From the NCBI GenBank assembly GCA_965220065.1, contig OZ244804.1:1050227-1114226 (forward strand): DNA of 64,000 bases, given 5' to 3'. Shown one piece after another: positions 28,059-37,867 of the stretch. This stretch comes from Candidatus Poribacteria bacterium (GTDB taxonomy: Bacteria; Poribacteria; WGA-4E; WGA-3G). Positions within the stretch are counted from its first letter, which is position 1. The number at the start of each line of letters is the position of its first letter. The position numbers and the translations under genes were made by a program. Below the pieces are notes generated by a model. It was given only the letters and a program-made list of their open reading frames with translations. It searched no databases and was not told the DNA's origin.

Positions 28059-28094
28059 GGGACACTGATCCAATACGCCAGTAACCTTTCGTTA

Positions 28095-28128
28095 ATAGGC
28101 GCGCCTCCAAAGCGCGCCTATCAATTTT
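28095..28128 (+). terminator. Probable intrinsic terminator
   Basis: ATAGGCGCGC-ctccaaa-GCGCGCCTAT perfect 10-bp stem followed by T-rich tract. Confidence 0.6.
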
Positions 28129-28346
28129 GTGTAAGTCCTATTTTGCTAAACTCTGGCAATTCCCCTTGCAATTGTCCTTCACACCCGTGTATAATTGGAC
28201 TTATCCTAACCCAAGTTGCTACTAACAAATTCTGAACCTTTTAAGAAGATTTTTAGGTGTTTCTCCACCCCGTAGGGGTGATATGTCTGTAGAAAACGGC
28301 GTATCTAAGCAACCGCACCCCATAGGGGTGCCATGTTTATAAATAT

Positions 28347-31300
28347 ATGGCAACTCTCAACATCAAACCGACGCATAAACCCATCAAAAACTATTATACC
28401 GAACTTGCGGAATACGCAAAAGTCGGCGCAGAACACGAAGGCGCAGTCCGAACGGCATTCCAAAATCTACTCCAACACTACTGCCGACAAGCAGACCTCA
28501 TCCTCGTCTGTGAAAAGATACGTTACACCCGAGAAAAAAAGCGGATTCGGATAGATGGCGAAGTCACTGACGCATTCGACTTGTCACACGGACACTGGGA
28601 AGCTAAAGATACACACGACGACCTGCCTACAGAAGCACGGAAGAAATCGGAAGCGGGCTATCCGTTTAAAAATATCATTGTTCAATCACCGACCCAGGCA
28701 CTCCTCTATCAAAACGGACACCTCCGACTTGATGTAGACCTCACGGATCCGAGCAACCTTATCAATCTGTTGAACACCTTCTTTGCGTATCGAGAAGAAA
28801 ACATCGTCGATTGGTATGCCGCCGTTGAAGAATTCAAAGAAAAGGTCCCGGTGTTAGGGCACGGTGTCGCAAAGCGCATTGAGACCGAAATGCAGGATAA
28901 TCCCCAGTTCGGACAAGCCTTCGAGAACTTCCATCGGCAATGCCGAGCCTCTATTGATCCGAACCTCACCGAGGCACAGGTTGAAGAGATGCTCATTCAA
29001 CACCTCCTCACCGAGCGAATTTTCCGCACCGTCTTTGACAATCCCGATTTTACCAACAGAAACATCATCGCCCAAGAAATTGAGAAGGTGATCCAGATCC
29101 TCACCCGTCGTTCTCCAAGCCGTTCCGAGTTCCTCCGCCCTCTGGATCCGTTCTACGTTGCGATTGAGAAAACCGCCGCCACCATCACCGATTTCTCACA
29201 GAAACAGGCTTTTCTAAACACCGTCTACGAGCAGTTCTTTCAAGGCTTCTCTGTCGATATCGCTGATACGCACGGTATCGTCTACACGCCACAACCAATC
29301 GTCGATTTCATGGTGAAAAGCGTTGAACACGTTCTCGTGACCGAATTCGGACGCTCGTTGTCGAATATGGGTGTTCATATTATCGATCCATTTGTCGGCA
29401 CTGGCAACTTTATCGTCCGCCTCATGCAGGAGATTCGGGGGCGACGATTGCCACAGAAATATCGTGAGGAACTTCACTGCAATGAGGTGATGTTGCTCCC
29501 TTACTACATCGCCAGTCTGAATATTGAACACGCCTATTACGAGAGGACCGGCAACTATGAACCTTTCCCACATATCTGCTTCGTGGATACGTTTGATACG
29601 TTCGGTCTGATGGACGCTCCTCACCAAACTGGAGAGTTCACCTATTTTACGCCGGATAACACCTTGCGGGTTGAAGAGCAGCGAGAGATTCCGATGTTCG
29701 TTGTTATAGGGAATCCACCCTACAATGCGGGGCAGAAGAATGAGAACGATAATAACAAAAATCGGCCGCATGTGGGTGTTGATGCGAGGGTACGGGATAC
29801 TTTTGCTGCTGACTCCAGTGCACAACTGAAAAATTCGCTTTATGACCCGTATGTCAAAGCTTTTCGATGGGCAATAGATAAACTCGGTGATACAGGGATC
29901 ACCGCATTCGTAACGAACAACAGTTTTATTGACGGACAAGCATTTGATGGCATGCGGAAACACCTTTCCGAAGAGTTTGACATACTCTATATTCTGGACT
30001 TGGGAGGGAATGTACGAAAGGGACAATCGGGGGACGCTAACGTGTTCGGCATTCAGGTCGGCGTGAGCATCAACATCCTTGTGAAATCAAAACGGGAGGG
30101 CGGGAGTTTTCCTGCGCGAATCCGCTATAACGACGAGGTTGCGGATTTGAATAAGACACGGACCTTTGCGTTTCTGGACGAGAACCAGCACATTGGGAAC
30201 CTGGAGTGGCAAGAGTTGACTCCAGATAAACGGTCTACGTGGCTCACTGGAGGACTTCACGCTGATTTTGATACCTTCGTCCCAATCGGAAGTAAAGAAG
30301 GAAAGTCAGGAACATTAAAAGAGGTGATGTTTAGAGTTTATAGTAACGGTGTCCAAACGAATCGGGATGCTTGGGCCCGCAACTTCAACCGAGACGCGCT
30401 CGCCGAAAATATGCAAGCGATGATGGAATTTTATAACTCAGAAGCATCTAAGTGGGAACGGCGTGTTGAACGGACACAAAATGTTGATACATTTGTCTCA
30501 ACCGATAATACGAAAATAAAATGGACAGATCGACTGAAATCGGAACTAACAAAGGGCAGGTTAGTCACCTTTGCACCGGAACGAATAAGGAATTCTCTTT
30601 ATCGTCCATTTACAAAATCTAACCTCTACTTTGATAAATTGATGAACCAGCGGACTTACTTGTTCCCATCCATCTTTCCAACACCTGAGACCGAATTGGA
30701 TAATCGCGTGATATGGATCAAGGTTGGACAAGAGTGGCCAATGTTCGCGCTAATGGTAAACCAAATTCCTGATAATTTACCACAAGGCGGTTCTCAATGT
30801 TTCCCCTTCTACACCTACGATGAAAATGGTGGAAATCGCAGCGAAAACATTACCGATTGGATGTTGACACAGTTCCGAATGCATCACCAGGATCATACTA
30901 TCACAAAATGGGATATCTTCCACTATACATACGGTCTCCTGCATCATCCTGATTATCGCGATCGGTATCAGGAAAACCTCAAGCGGGATTTACCCCATAT
31001 CTCTTTTGCCGAAGACTTCTGGGGATTTGCGAAAGCAGGCGCGCGATTGGCAGATCTCCACATCAACTACGAATCACAACCTGAATACGATAAACTCAAT
31101 CCAATCGAAACCCCGGGAATGCAAGTGGATTTGTCTGTGGAGCGGATGAAATTCTCCAAAGATAAGACGGAGTTGAAATACAACGATTTTCTCACATTAG
31201 AGGGCATTCCTCTGGAGGTGTTTGATTATCGGTTAGGGAATCGCTCGGCGTTGGAATGGGTCGTGGATCAGTATCGTGTCAAGATAGACAAACGGAGCGG

Positions 31301-31472
31301 CATCAAAAACGATCCCAACCGCGAAGAAGATCCAGAATATATCCTCCGTCTCATCGGTCAGGTGATCACCGTCAGTTTAGAAACGATGACTATTGTTAAC
31401 GCACTTTCCGAATCTCGATTTTCTGATGCCATCGTAGAAGACGTGGTAAACACTCGAACAAACATGGTATAA
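28347..31472 (+). CDS. Single-polypeptide restriction-modification enzyme (N6-adenine MTase + Type ISP-like C-terminal TRD, no helicase)
   Basis: N-terminal RIDG...WEAKD nuclease-like motif; GIVYTPQPIVDF, IDPFVGTGNF (motif I), GNPPY (motif IV); YRPF, SALEWVVDQY, NDPN C-terminus. Confidence 0.85.
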   Translation: MATLNIKPTHKPIKNYYTELAEYAKVGAEHEGAVRTAFQNLLQHYCRQADLILVCEKIRYTREKKRIRIDGEVTDAFDLSHGHWEAKDTHDDLPTEARKKSEAGYPFKNIIVQSPTQALLYQNGHLRLDVDLTDPSNLINLLNTFFAYREENIVDWYAAVEEFKEKVPVLGHGVAKRIETEMQDNPQFGQAFENFHRQCRASIDPNLTEAQVEEMLIQHLLTERIFRTVFDNPDFTNRNIIAQEIEKVIQILTRRSPSRSEFLRPLDPFYVAIEKTAATITDFSQKQAFLNTVYEQFFQGFSVDIADTHGIVYTPQPIVDFMVKSVEHVLVTEFGRSLSNMGVHIIDPFVGTGNFIVRLMQEIRGRRLPQKYREELHCNEVMLLPYYIASLNIEHAYYERTGNYEPFPHICFVDTFDTFGLMDAPHQTGEFTYFTPDNTLRVEEQREIPMFVVIGNPPYNAGQKNENDNNKNRPHVGVDARVRDTFAADSSAQLKNSLYDPYVKAFRWAIDKLGDTGITAFVTNNSFIDGQAFDGMRKHLSEEFDILYILDLGGNVRKGQSGDANVFGIQVGVSINILVKSKREGGSFPARIRYNDEVADLNKTRTFAFLDENQHIGNLEWQELTPDKRSTWLTGGLHADFDTFVPIGSKEGKSGTLKEVMFRVYSNGVQTNRDAWARNFNRDALAENMQAMMEFYNSEASKWERRVERTQNVDTFVSTDNTKIKWTDRLKSELTKGRLVTFAPERIRNSLYRPFTKSNLYFDKLMNQRTYLFPSIFPTPETELDNRVIWIKVGQEWPMFALMVNQIPDNLPQGGSQCFPFYTYDENGGNRSENITDWMLTQFRMHHQDHTITKWDIFHYTYGLLHHPDYRDRYQENLKRDLPHISFAEDFWGFAKAGARLADLHINYESQPEYDKLNPIETPGMQVDLSVERMKFSKDKTELKYNDFLTLEGIPLEVFDYRLGNRSALEWVVDQYRVKIDKRSGIKNDPNREEDPEYILRLIGQVITVSLETMTIVNALSESRFSDAIVEDVVNTRTNMV

Positions 31473-31510
31473 TAAAAATTCAAGATGCTACTTCAAAAGG
31501 AGATACCCAC

Positions 31511-31930
31511 ATGAACAAAACGATTTCATTGGAACAACTTCCACCTCAAATTGAGAACTTGCTTCGAACAAATTGGGAAACTCAGGAAAGCCTTGTCCTT
31601 GAACACAATGGAAAACCTGTGGCAGCGATTGTCCCGATGGATGAATATCGCAAATGGCATCCTGATAAAGATGAAAACGCCCTTGATTACGAGCTCCCCG
31701 CGGACCTACTTGAGGCTTATCACACGTTGCTTGATAAGAAATTCTCTACAGGTTTAACGTCCGAGGAAGAGGTTAAGTTAGCAGAGTTGGACCAGCAGCT
31801 TAACGACGCTGAAGCAGCACAACCACTCATACAGTCAATGCAGAAGCATGCCGCCTTGCGAGATGAAAATTGGAAGCAGAGATTTGAAGAAGTTGTTACT
31901 AAACTGCGCGAATTGAAGGAATTGGTGTGA
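31511..31930 (+). CDS. Phd/YefM-like N-terminal domain protein (putative antitoxin)
   Basis: ESLVLEHNGKPVAAIVPMDEY; helical C-terminus; GTGA overlap with HNH gene. Confidence 0.6.
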   Translation: MNKTISLEQLPPQIENLLRTNWETQESLVLEHNGKPVAAIVPMDEYRKWHPDKDENALDYELPADLLEAYHTLLDKKFSTGLTSEEEVKLAELDQQLNDAEAAQPLIQSMQKHAALRDENWKQRFEEVVTKLRELKELV

Positions 31931-32565
31931 ATCAAAAAACATCACCGCGTATCCGCCGACGAGAATTCCCACCTGTGATGCAAGGCAGGACTGGGTATCG
32001 GAACGCTGTGCCTTATCTACGCAGAGACTTTGATTTCCGTTGTGCTTATTGTGGTATTCACGAACAAATGAAAGGCGGCCCCCAGGCCTTTTGCATTGAC
32101 CATTTCAAACCGAGAAGCAGAGGCGGACCTATTAATGACTACACCAATCTTTATTGGGTTTGCATTCCGTGCAATATGATAAAACATGACAGATGGCCGA
32201 CAAGCGAACAACTTCGTCAGGGATATCGCTTCGCAGATCCGTGTCGCGAACAGGACGTTGGAATTCATTTCGTTGAATCTGACGATGGTTTACTTCAGCC
32301 GCTTACAACTTGTGGTGAATACCATGTTTCCACACTGCGTCTGAACCGTGCATGGCTGCGGCAACACCGTCGTGATCGGACCCAAAAGTGGGCACGATTC
32401 AATGAAGCCTATCAATTGCGAAAGGAACTTGAGCGTGCAGTTGAGGCGCGCCCAGTTGACGATGCCACTCGGATAATGCAACGCTTGCTCTTTTTCCTAT
32501 CTGAAGAGATCGAAGCGTTACGAAACGAACTTGCAGTGGCTATCCCGATGTGGCAAAATTTCTAA
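31927..32565 (+). CDS. HNH endonuclease
   Basis: RCAYCG, IDHFKP, YTNLYWVCIPCNMIK. Confidence 0.88.
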   Translation: MNQKTSPRIRRREFPPVMQGRTGYRNAVPYLRRDFDFRCAYCGIHEQMKGGPQAFCIDHFKPRSRGGPINDYTNLYWVCIPCNMIKHDRWPTSEQLRQGYRFADPCREQDVGIHFVESDDGLLQPLTTCGEYHVSTLRLNRAWLRQHRRDRTQKWARFNEAYQLRKELERAVEARPVDDATRIMQRLLFFLSEEIEALRNELAVAIPMWQNF

Positions 32566-32616
32566 AGAACATGGTATAACACTGCCTGAAAATAGCACTG
32601 AGAACAAACATAGAAG

Positions 32617-33378
32617 ATGAGTTGGTTAAAATTAAAAAATCTTATCCAATCACTGGACCAACAACACAAAGGACGCAAAACAGGCGAACCTTTTGAAGAA
32701 CTCGTTGCCAAACTACTGGAATTGCTACTTGAAATTCCTTTTGTACTTGCAAAATCCGGCACTCAACCCAGTGGCGATGCAAGGAGTTTAACGGGTGAAA
32801 TATCTGTTCAAGCCAAAAATTATAGTGACGGAAGTACTCCTAGCGATACAGAAATTGAGGGAGATATCCGTCGAGCGTACCGAACTTTACGGGATCTTGA
32901 TGTCTACATCCTAGCAATCTCCCGCGATACAGCACAACTGCGTGATACATTAGATGCTATTGTAGAGGACACTGGTTTGGATATTGTTGCCCTTGAATTG
33001 ACGGATAAATTATCAGATCTCGGAGCGTTGTGTGCTACCTTCTGGGAGGATATCTCCTATTTCTTTAATTCTTCGGACACTGATCAAGAATTCTCAGATT
33101 GGATTCAAATAGCATCAGCGGATTTAAAGACAAAGGAGCGGTTGAAGCAAGTCCATCTCAAATTGGAAGAGGGGATTCAAACTCGACATCAAGTTTATAA
33201 AGATACACGGAAATATCCCCATAAGCGTTTTGGTTATGACACGGATCACACCTTGCGTTTTAAATATCCAATTGACTTATCCAAAGCAATAGATAGAGAA
33301 TCACTAGAATCGCAAATCACAAATTGGTGGGACACCCCAGGTAAACCTATCTGTTATCTTGAAAGAGAGGAAAGGTGA
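32617..33378 (+). pseudogene. Restriction-endonuclease-like N-terminus of a larger protein, truncated by IS3
   Basis: GEPFEELV...SGDA...VQAKNY PD-(D/E)xK-like motif; stop TGA is the first 3 nt of the IS end. Confidence 0.7.
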
Positions 33379-33414
33379 AGTGCCACCGTTTATTCAGACC
33401 AAAATTTATCAAAG

Positions 33415-34237
33415 TTAAGACAAGTTTTGTCTTTGAAAATCGAGAGGTGTCAGATACCCTAACGCTGAATGCGGACGTTTCTGATGATATACCTGCGTAA
33501 TAAAATGACCGATACGTGCTCTCGCTTCGTGGATGTCGTGATAGGCGTTGAGATAAACTTCTTCCTCCTTGAGGGTGCGGATGAGGCGTTCAGCAGATCC
33601 GTTCTCCCAAGGTCTGCCTCTGTGTGCCACCGAAATCTCAATGCCATGATGCCAGCGCATTGAGAGATACGCATTTGCAAGATACTGCACGCCTTGATCG
33701 GAGTGATGGATCTCACAAACGCTCTGCTCTAACGCTTGCTCTAAGGGTTTCAAGGTCAGAGATTGCGTCAAGTGCTGACTCAGAGGTTCTCCACGCTCTT
33801 ATCATGCGAGTGAAGACATCCATGAGCAGAGCGACATAGATGAAGCGTCTGTTGAGTTGAACGTAGGTAATATCACCGACCCAGACCTGATCGCATCGAC
33901 AGACCTCAACGTCTTTGAGGCGATGCATCCACGGACGCGTTCTGTCAACGGAAATCGTCGTTTGACAGACGCGTTTGACAGAAACCGAGAGGTTCGCAGC
34001 TTTCATCAAGCGGGAGACCACACGTTTATACCCAACGCTGTATCCCATACGCAGCAGCAGTTTTGTGATACACCTATATCCGTATGTCGGATACCGCAAG
34101 GCCAACGTCTCTATTTCATCGCCGAGCCTCGCTTCAGACGGGTCCTGCTTCGGGTGATAATAGAGATTGCTCCGGGTGAAACCCAGCACCTCACAGATCT
34201 GTCGCACGGAATACTCCGTCCGCAAGGCGTCAACCAT
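33415..34237 (-). pseudogene. IS3 OrfB DDE transposase, frameshifted near 33775
   Basis: YGYR, WVGDITY, DVFTR in one frame; HHSDQGVQY, ENGSAER, RPHSALGYLTP in another. Confidence 0.85.
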
Positions 34238-34251
34238 TGCTCGCTGCTCCG

Positions 34252-34548
34252 TCAGGTTTGGTTCAACCCCGTCGAGGCTTTTTTTTGGATGTCAAGTGCT
34301 ACGGTCAACCGCCCAACGAGCTGCTCAAGATGCGCAATACGCTCCGCCGCCTCGTTGGAGTGTTGATCCGTCGAGGTAAACAGAGTGCCTACATTTTCAA
34401 TGACTTGCTGCTTCCACTTCGAGAGTTGGTCTTCGCTGAGGTTATACCGCCGACACAGTTCTGCTTGGGAAGTTTCACCGCGGAGGGCCTCAAGCACGAC
34501 TTTCCCTTTAAACTCGGGAGTGAAGGTTCTTCGTTTGCGTTTCGCCAT
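34252..34548 (-). CDS. IS3 OrfA (HTH) transposase subunit
   Basis: RRTFTPEFKGKVVLEAL...LCRRY...LSKWK; LEQLVGRLT. Confidence 0.85.
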   Translation of the reverse strand: MAKRKRRTFTPEFKGKVVLEALRGETSQAELCRRYNLSEDQLSKWKQQVIENVGTLFTSTDQHSNEAAERIAHLEQLVGRLTVALDIQKKASTGLNQT

Positions 34549-34844
34549 CGGAATGCTCCTTTCAGTAAGATTGTATTCTACCACAATCTTGGTTTAGAGA
34601 GTGACCCGAATTTCCGGTGGCAGTACAATTACCCAAATATTTTATTAAACTTCATACGGGGTGCGGTTGCTTAAATACGCCGTTTTCCATAGACATAGCA
34701 CCCCTACAGGGTGATATCACATCTGGAAAACCTCGCTGAGTACCCAAAATTTGTGAGTAGCAACTCGGGTTATACCATGAAATTCATTTGCTATTTTCTC
34801 GCGGGCGTGGTATTATTATATCTTTGAGGAGGGCTTCAACATCC

Positions 34845-35603
34845 GTGGCATCTATTAATGACATCGCAAACGAATTCATCCGGGAAGAGATCGAAGAATT
34901 CTTGGAAGAACCCGACGAAATAGCACGCACCATTGATATTTTTGCGCACGCGACTCCTGCTATGCAAACCATCTCTGCTGCCCTCATTGACGGCGACCAT
35001 CACACTGTCGATGAATTGACAGAAGCAGCCCTGGAAGAAGGCACAGAGGCATTGGAGATTATGGATGATGGACTCATTGCTGGGATGGGAATCGTTGGCA
35101 TCAAGTTCCGAGAAAACTTCATCTTTGTGCCAGAAGTTTTGGCGTGTGCCCGTGCAATGAAGGCAGGGATGGTACATATCGAACCGATTCTTTCGGAGTC
35201 AGGTATTGATCCTGTCGGGACAGTGATTATGGGAACCGTCAAGGGTGATCTACACGATATTGGCAAGAATTTGTGCATCATGATGTTGCGTGGCGCGGGT
35301 TTTGTGGTCCACGATTTAGGGGTGGATACCTCTGAAGATGAGTTCATTGATGCCGTTGAGGAACATGAGGCACCGATCCTCGGGATGTCGGCACTCCTAA
35401 CGACGACAATGCCGAACATGGGGAAAACGATCGATGCCTTTATTGATGAAGACTTGCGGGAAGAAGTCAAGATTATGGTAGGGGGTGCTCCAGTTACACA
35501 AACATTCGCCGATGATATGGGTGCTGACGGGTATGGCAAAGATGCCCTGGCATGTGTCGCACTCGCCAAGCAATTTCTTGAGGAACCGGAGGAAGAGTGG
35601 TAG
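34845..35603 (+). CDS. Corrinoid (B12-binding) protein, MttC/MetH cap + B12 domain
   Basis: GAGGAGG RBS + GTG 34845; FVPEVL, GTVKGDLHDIGKNL, SALLTTT, VGGAP. Confidence 0.9.
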   Translation: MASINDIANEFIREEIEEFLEEPDEIARTIDIFAHATPAMQTISAALIDGDHHTVDELTEAALEEGTEALEIMDDGLIAGMGIVGIKFRENFIFVPEVLACARAMKAGMVHIEPILSESGIDPVGTVIMGTVKGDLHDIGKNLCIMMLRGAGFVVHDLGVDTSEDEFIDAVEEHEAPILGMSALLTTTMPNMGKTIDAFIDEDLREEVKIMVGGAPVTQTFADDMGADGYGKDALACVALAKQFLEEPEEEW

Positions 35604-35800
35604 GTAGTTACGGGTTGTCAGTGCGGTTTTTCTGCGAAAAACCTTTAGGTTGTAAGTTAAGAGGTTATTGTTTAGCGAGAGACTTTTAACTTATAACCAA
35701 TAACTTAAAGTGAGCGCAGCGAACGTACCTACAACCGAAAGTGGAGCGAAGCCGAACGAACCGAAAACCGTTCCTCTGATAACTGATAACCGCTAAAAAT

Positions 35801-37696
35801 ATGAAGAAAATAGACAAAGCCGAATACGAGAAACGACTCAATAAAATCACACAAATTTTTGAAGATTTGGTTGTTCACGCCGATGAGCAAGCCACTTACC
35901 GGTGTCCCTACAAAAATCGCTTTGACCATTGTACAGCGAAGTTCGGTTGCCGAAACCAGCGAAAGATTGATGAAGGGACCGGACTTTTGTGCGTCGGAGA
36001 CGACAAATTAGATTATCGCAGCGCATGGGAGACCGACGCGCCTGACTTGACCGGAGGAACACACAACACCGGCACAATTATGTGTGACGGACAGGCACAT
36101 CAACTCACCCCTGGAAAAACTATTTTTGACTACGCAGACGACTTAACCGTCCAAGTACCCACCTCCTGTTTCCGAACTGGACAGTGCCACGAATGTATCG
36201 TTGAGATTAAGCGTGGTATGGACAGTCTTCGCCCCCCAAATGAAGCAGAAGCCTTCCTTCGAGACAACTACCGTCTCGCCTGCCAAGCAATTGTTCTTGA
36301 TATTGACAAAGACATCGAGTTCACACCACTGCGACGCTCACCAAGGATCCTGACACACGCTACCACGACGGACAGCAGTGGGCCCGAATTGGATCCACGC
36401 GTTACGCATCGCGATGGCGTTGTCTACTACAACAATGAGTCTATTGACCGTTACCGCGGGCATCTTTATGGACTTGCTTTGGATATCGGAACAACGACAG
36501 TGGTGGCAAATCTGGTGGATTTAGAGAGCGGAAAAACGGTTTCTGTCAGTTCCTTTGAAAACCCGCAGCGCTTTGGCGGTAGCGATATTATGAATCGCAT
36601 CAGTTACGACGGTGAATTCGAAGGTGAACTGCGTCGCTCGTTGATTGCCGCACTCAACAGCGAAATCATGGAGATGTGTGAACGCCACAACTTCGCCCGC
36701 CAAGAGATTTATGAAATCGTCGTTGCTGGGAACACAACAATGCGCGATATCTTCTTCAAACATGACGTTCAGAGTATTGGACAGAAGCCGTATAAATCAC
36801 TGATTGAACATGAGTATCGGGAAGGGACCCGTTCAACCACTTCGCTCACTGAAAAAGTGCGTCGTTTAGGTCTCCGTGCGAATCCGAAGGCGATGGTCTA
36901 TAGCCTGCCGTTGATCGCCAGTCATGTTGGGGCAGATGTTGCCGCGGATTTAGTCTCTATCGACATCCCCGCACAAGATGAGATCATTATGTTAGTTGAT
37001 GTCGGGACGAACACAGAAGTGGTCGTCGGAAACGCGAAACGGATGGTCGCGGCGTCATGTCCGGCGGGTCCTGCTTTTGAAGGGGGCGGCATTGAATACG
37101 GAATGCCTGCTTACCCGGGTGCTATTGAGTCTGTGAAGTGGAACGACGGTCAATTCGATTATGAGACGATTGGTGGTGAGACACCAGAGGGGTTATGCGG
37201 TTCTGGGTTGATTTCGCTTCTCGCTGAGCTACGTCGGAACGATCAGATGAGTCCAAAGGGCGTTTTTGCGGACAGAAAACAACGCGTTATGTCTCTCTTG
37301 CCGGAACACGGTATCACCTTCTCACGTGATGATGCAAGTAACTTGGCACAAGCAAAGGCGGCAAATTACTGTGGACAATATATCGTTCTGCGGCACTTCG
37401 GCTGCGTTCCAAAAGACATTACGAAACTATTTCTGGCAGGTGGTTTCGCCAATTATGTTAACCTACAGGATGCCATTGAAATCGGATTTCTCGCACCCGT
37501 TCCAGAAGCAAATGTCGTCAAGATTGGTAACGCCGCGGTCGCAGGTGCGACAGCTGTCCTGCTTTCTGAGAAAAAACGCGCAGATATTGAAGCGTTTGTC
37601 AACAATATCGAGCATATTGAGTTGGAGACGACCCCCGATTTCTTTGAGGTATTCGTGGAAGGTTGTCAATTCAAGCCAATGCCAGCAACCTTGTAA
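35801..37696 (+). CDS. ATP-dependent corrinoid reductive activator (RACE/DUF4445, ASKHA) with 2Fe-2S domain and extra Cys-rich N-terminus
   Basis: C...G.C..C ... RLACQ ferredoxin; DIGTTT, DVGTNTE, AGPAFEG, GLCGSG, LAGGF. Confidence 0.88.
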   Translation: MKKIDKAEYEKRLNKITQIFEDLVVHADEQATYRCPYKNRFDHCTAKFGCRNQRKIDEGTGLLCVGDDKLDYRSAWETDAPDLTGGTHNTGTIMCDGQAHQLTPGKTIFDYADDLTVQVPTSCFRTGQCHECIVEIKRGMDSLRPPNEAEAFLRDNYRLACQAIVLDIDKDIEFTPLRRSPRILTHATTTDSSGPELDPRVTHRDGVVYYNNESIDRYRGHLYGLALDIGTTTVVANLVDLESGKTVSVSSFENPQRFGGSDIMNRISYDGEFEGELRRSLIAALNSEIMEMCERHNFARQEIYEIVVAGNTTMRDIFFKHDVQSIGQKPYKSLIEHEYREGTRSTTSLTEKVRRLGLRANPKAMVYSLPLIASHVGADVAADLVSIDIPAQDEIIMLVDVGTNTEVVVGNAKRMVAASCPAGPAFEGGGIEYGMPAYPGAIESVKWNDGQFDYETIGGETPEGLCGSGLISLLAELRRNDQMSPKGVFADRKQRVMSLLPEHGITFSRDDASNLAQAKAANYCGQYIVLRHFGCVPKDITKLFLAGGFANYVNLQDAIEIGFLAPVPEANVVKIGNAAVAGATAVLLSEKKRADIEAFVNNIEHIELETTPDFFEVFVEGCQFKPMPATL

Positions 37697-37867
37697 TTGG
37701 CAGTCGGTTGTCAGTTGTCAATTCTCGGTTAAGAGACTTTCGGCTCACAATAAAGGGATCTTCTTGAGATAGCCTCAAAACCCATAGCCTATAATGAAAT
37801 TAGGTTTCCTTAAATGGCATAATTTGTCTTTGCTTTACATTTGGAGGGCGGACATACGGAGAGGAAC

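Larger units (their letters stand above)
33376..34627 (-). mobile_element. IS3-family insertion sequence (1252 bp), degenerate, no target duplication
   Basis: Terminal IRs TGAAGTGCCACCG / TGTACTGCCACCG; orfA HTH + orfB DDE; flanks AAGG vs ATTA differ. Confidence 0.85.
28207..34772. mobile_element. Defence island bounded by 118-bp imperfect inverted repeats (28207-28324 / 34655-34772)
   Basis: Arms align without gaps; outer 28 nt 25/28 identical, inner 59 nt 53/59 identical (hand count). Confidence 0.65.

Noticed and set aside
28154-28169. Possible sigma-54 promoter TGGCAATTCCCCTTGC
   Set aside because: GG-GC spacing is one base too long, and no UAS motif is nearby
34090-34230. CCGCAAGG matches inside the IS3
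   Set aside because: Lack the AT-rich tail and hairpin; chance matches in coding sequence
33857-34674. Plus-strand ORFs of 145-169 aa across the IS
   Set aside because: Antisense to the transposase; no independent coding evidence
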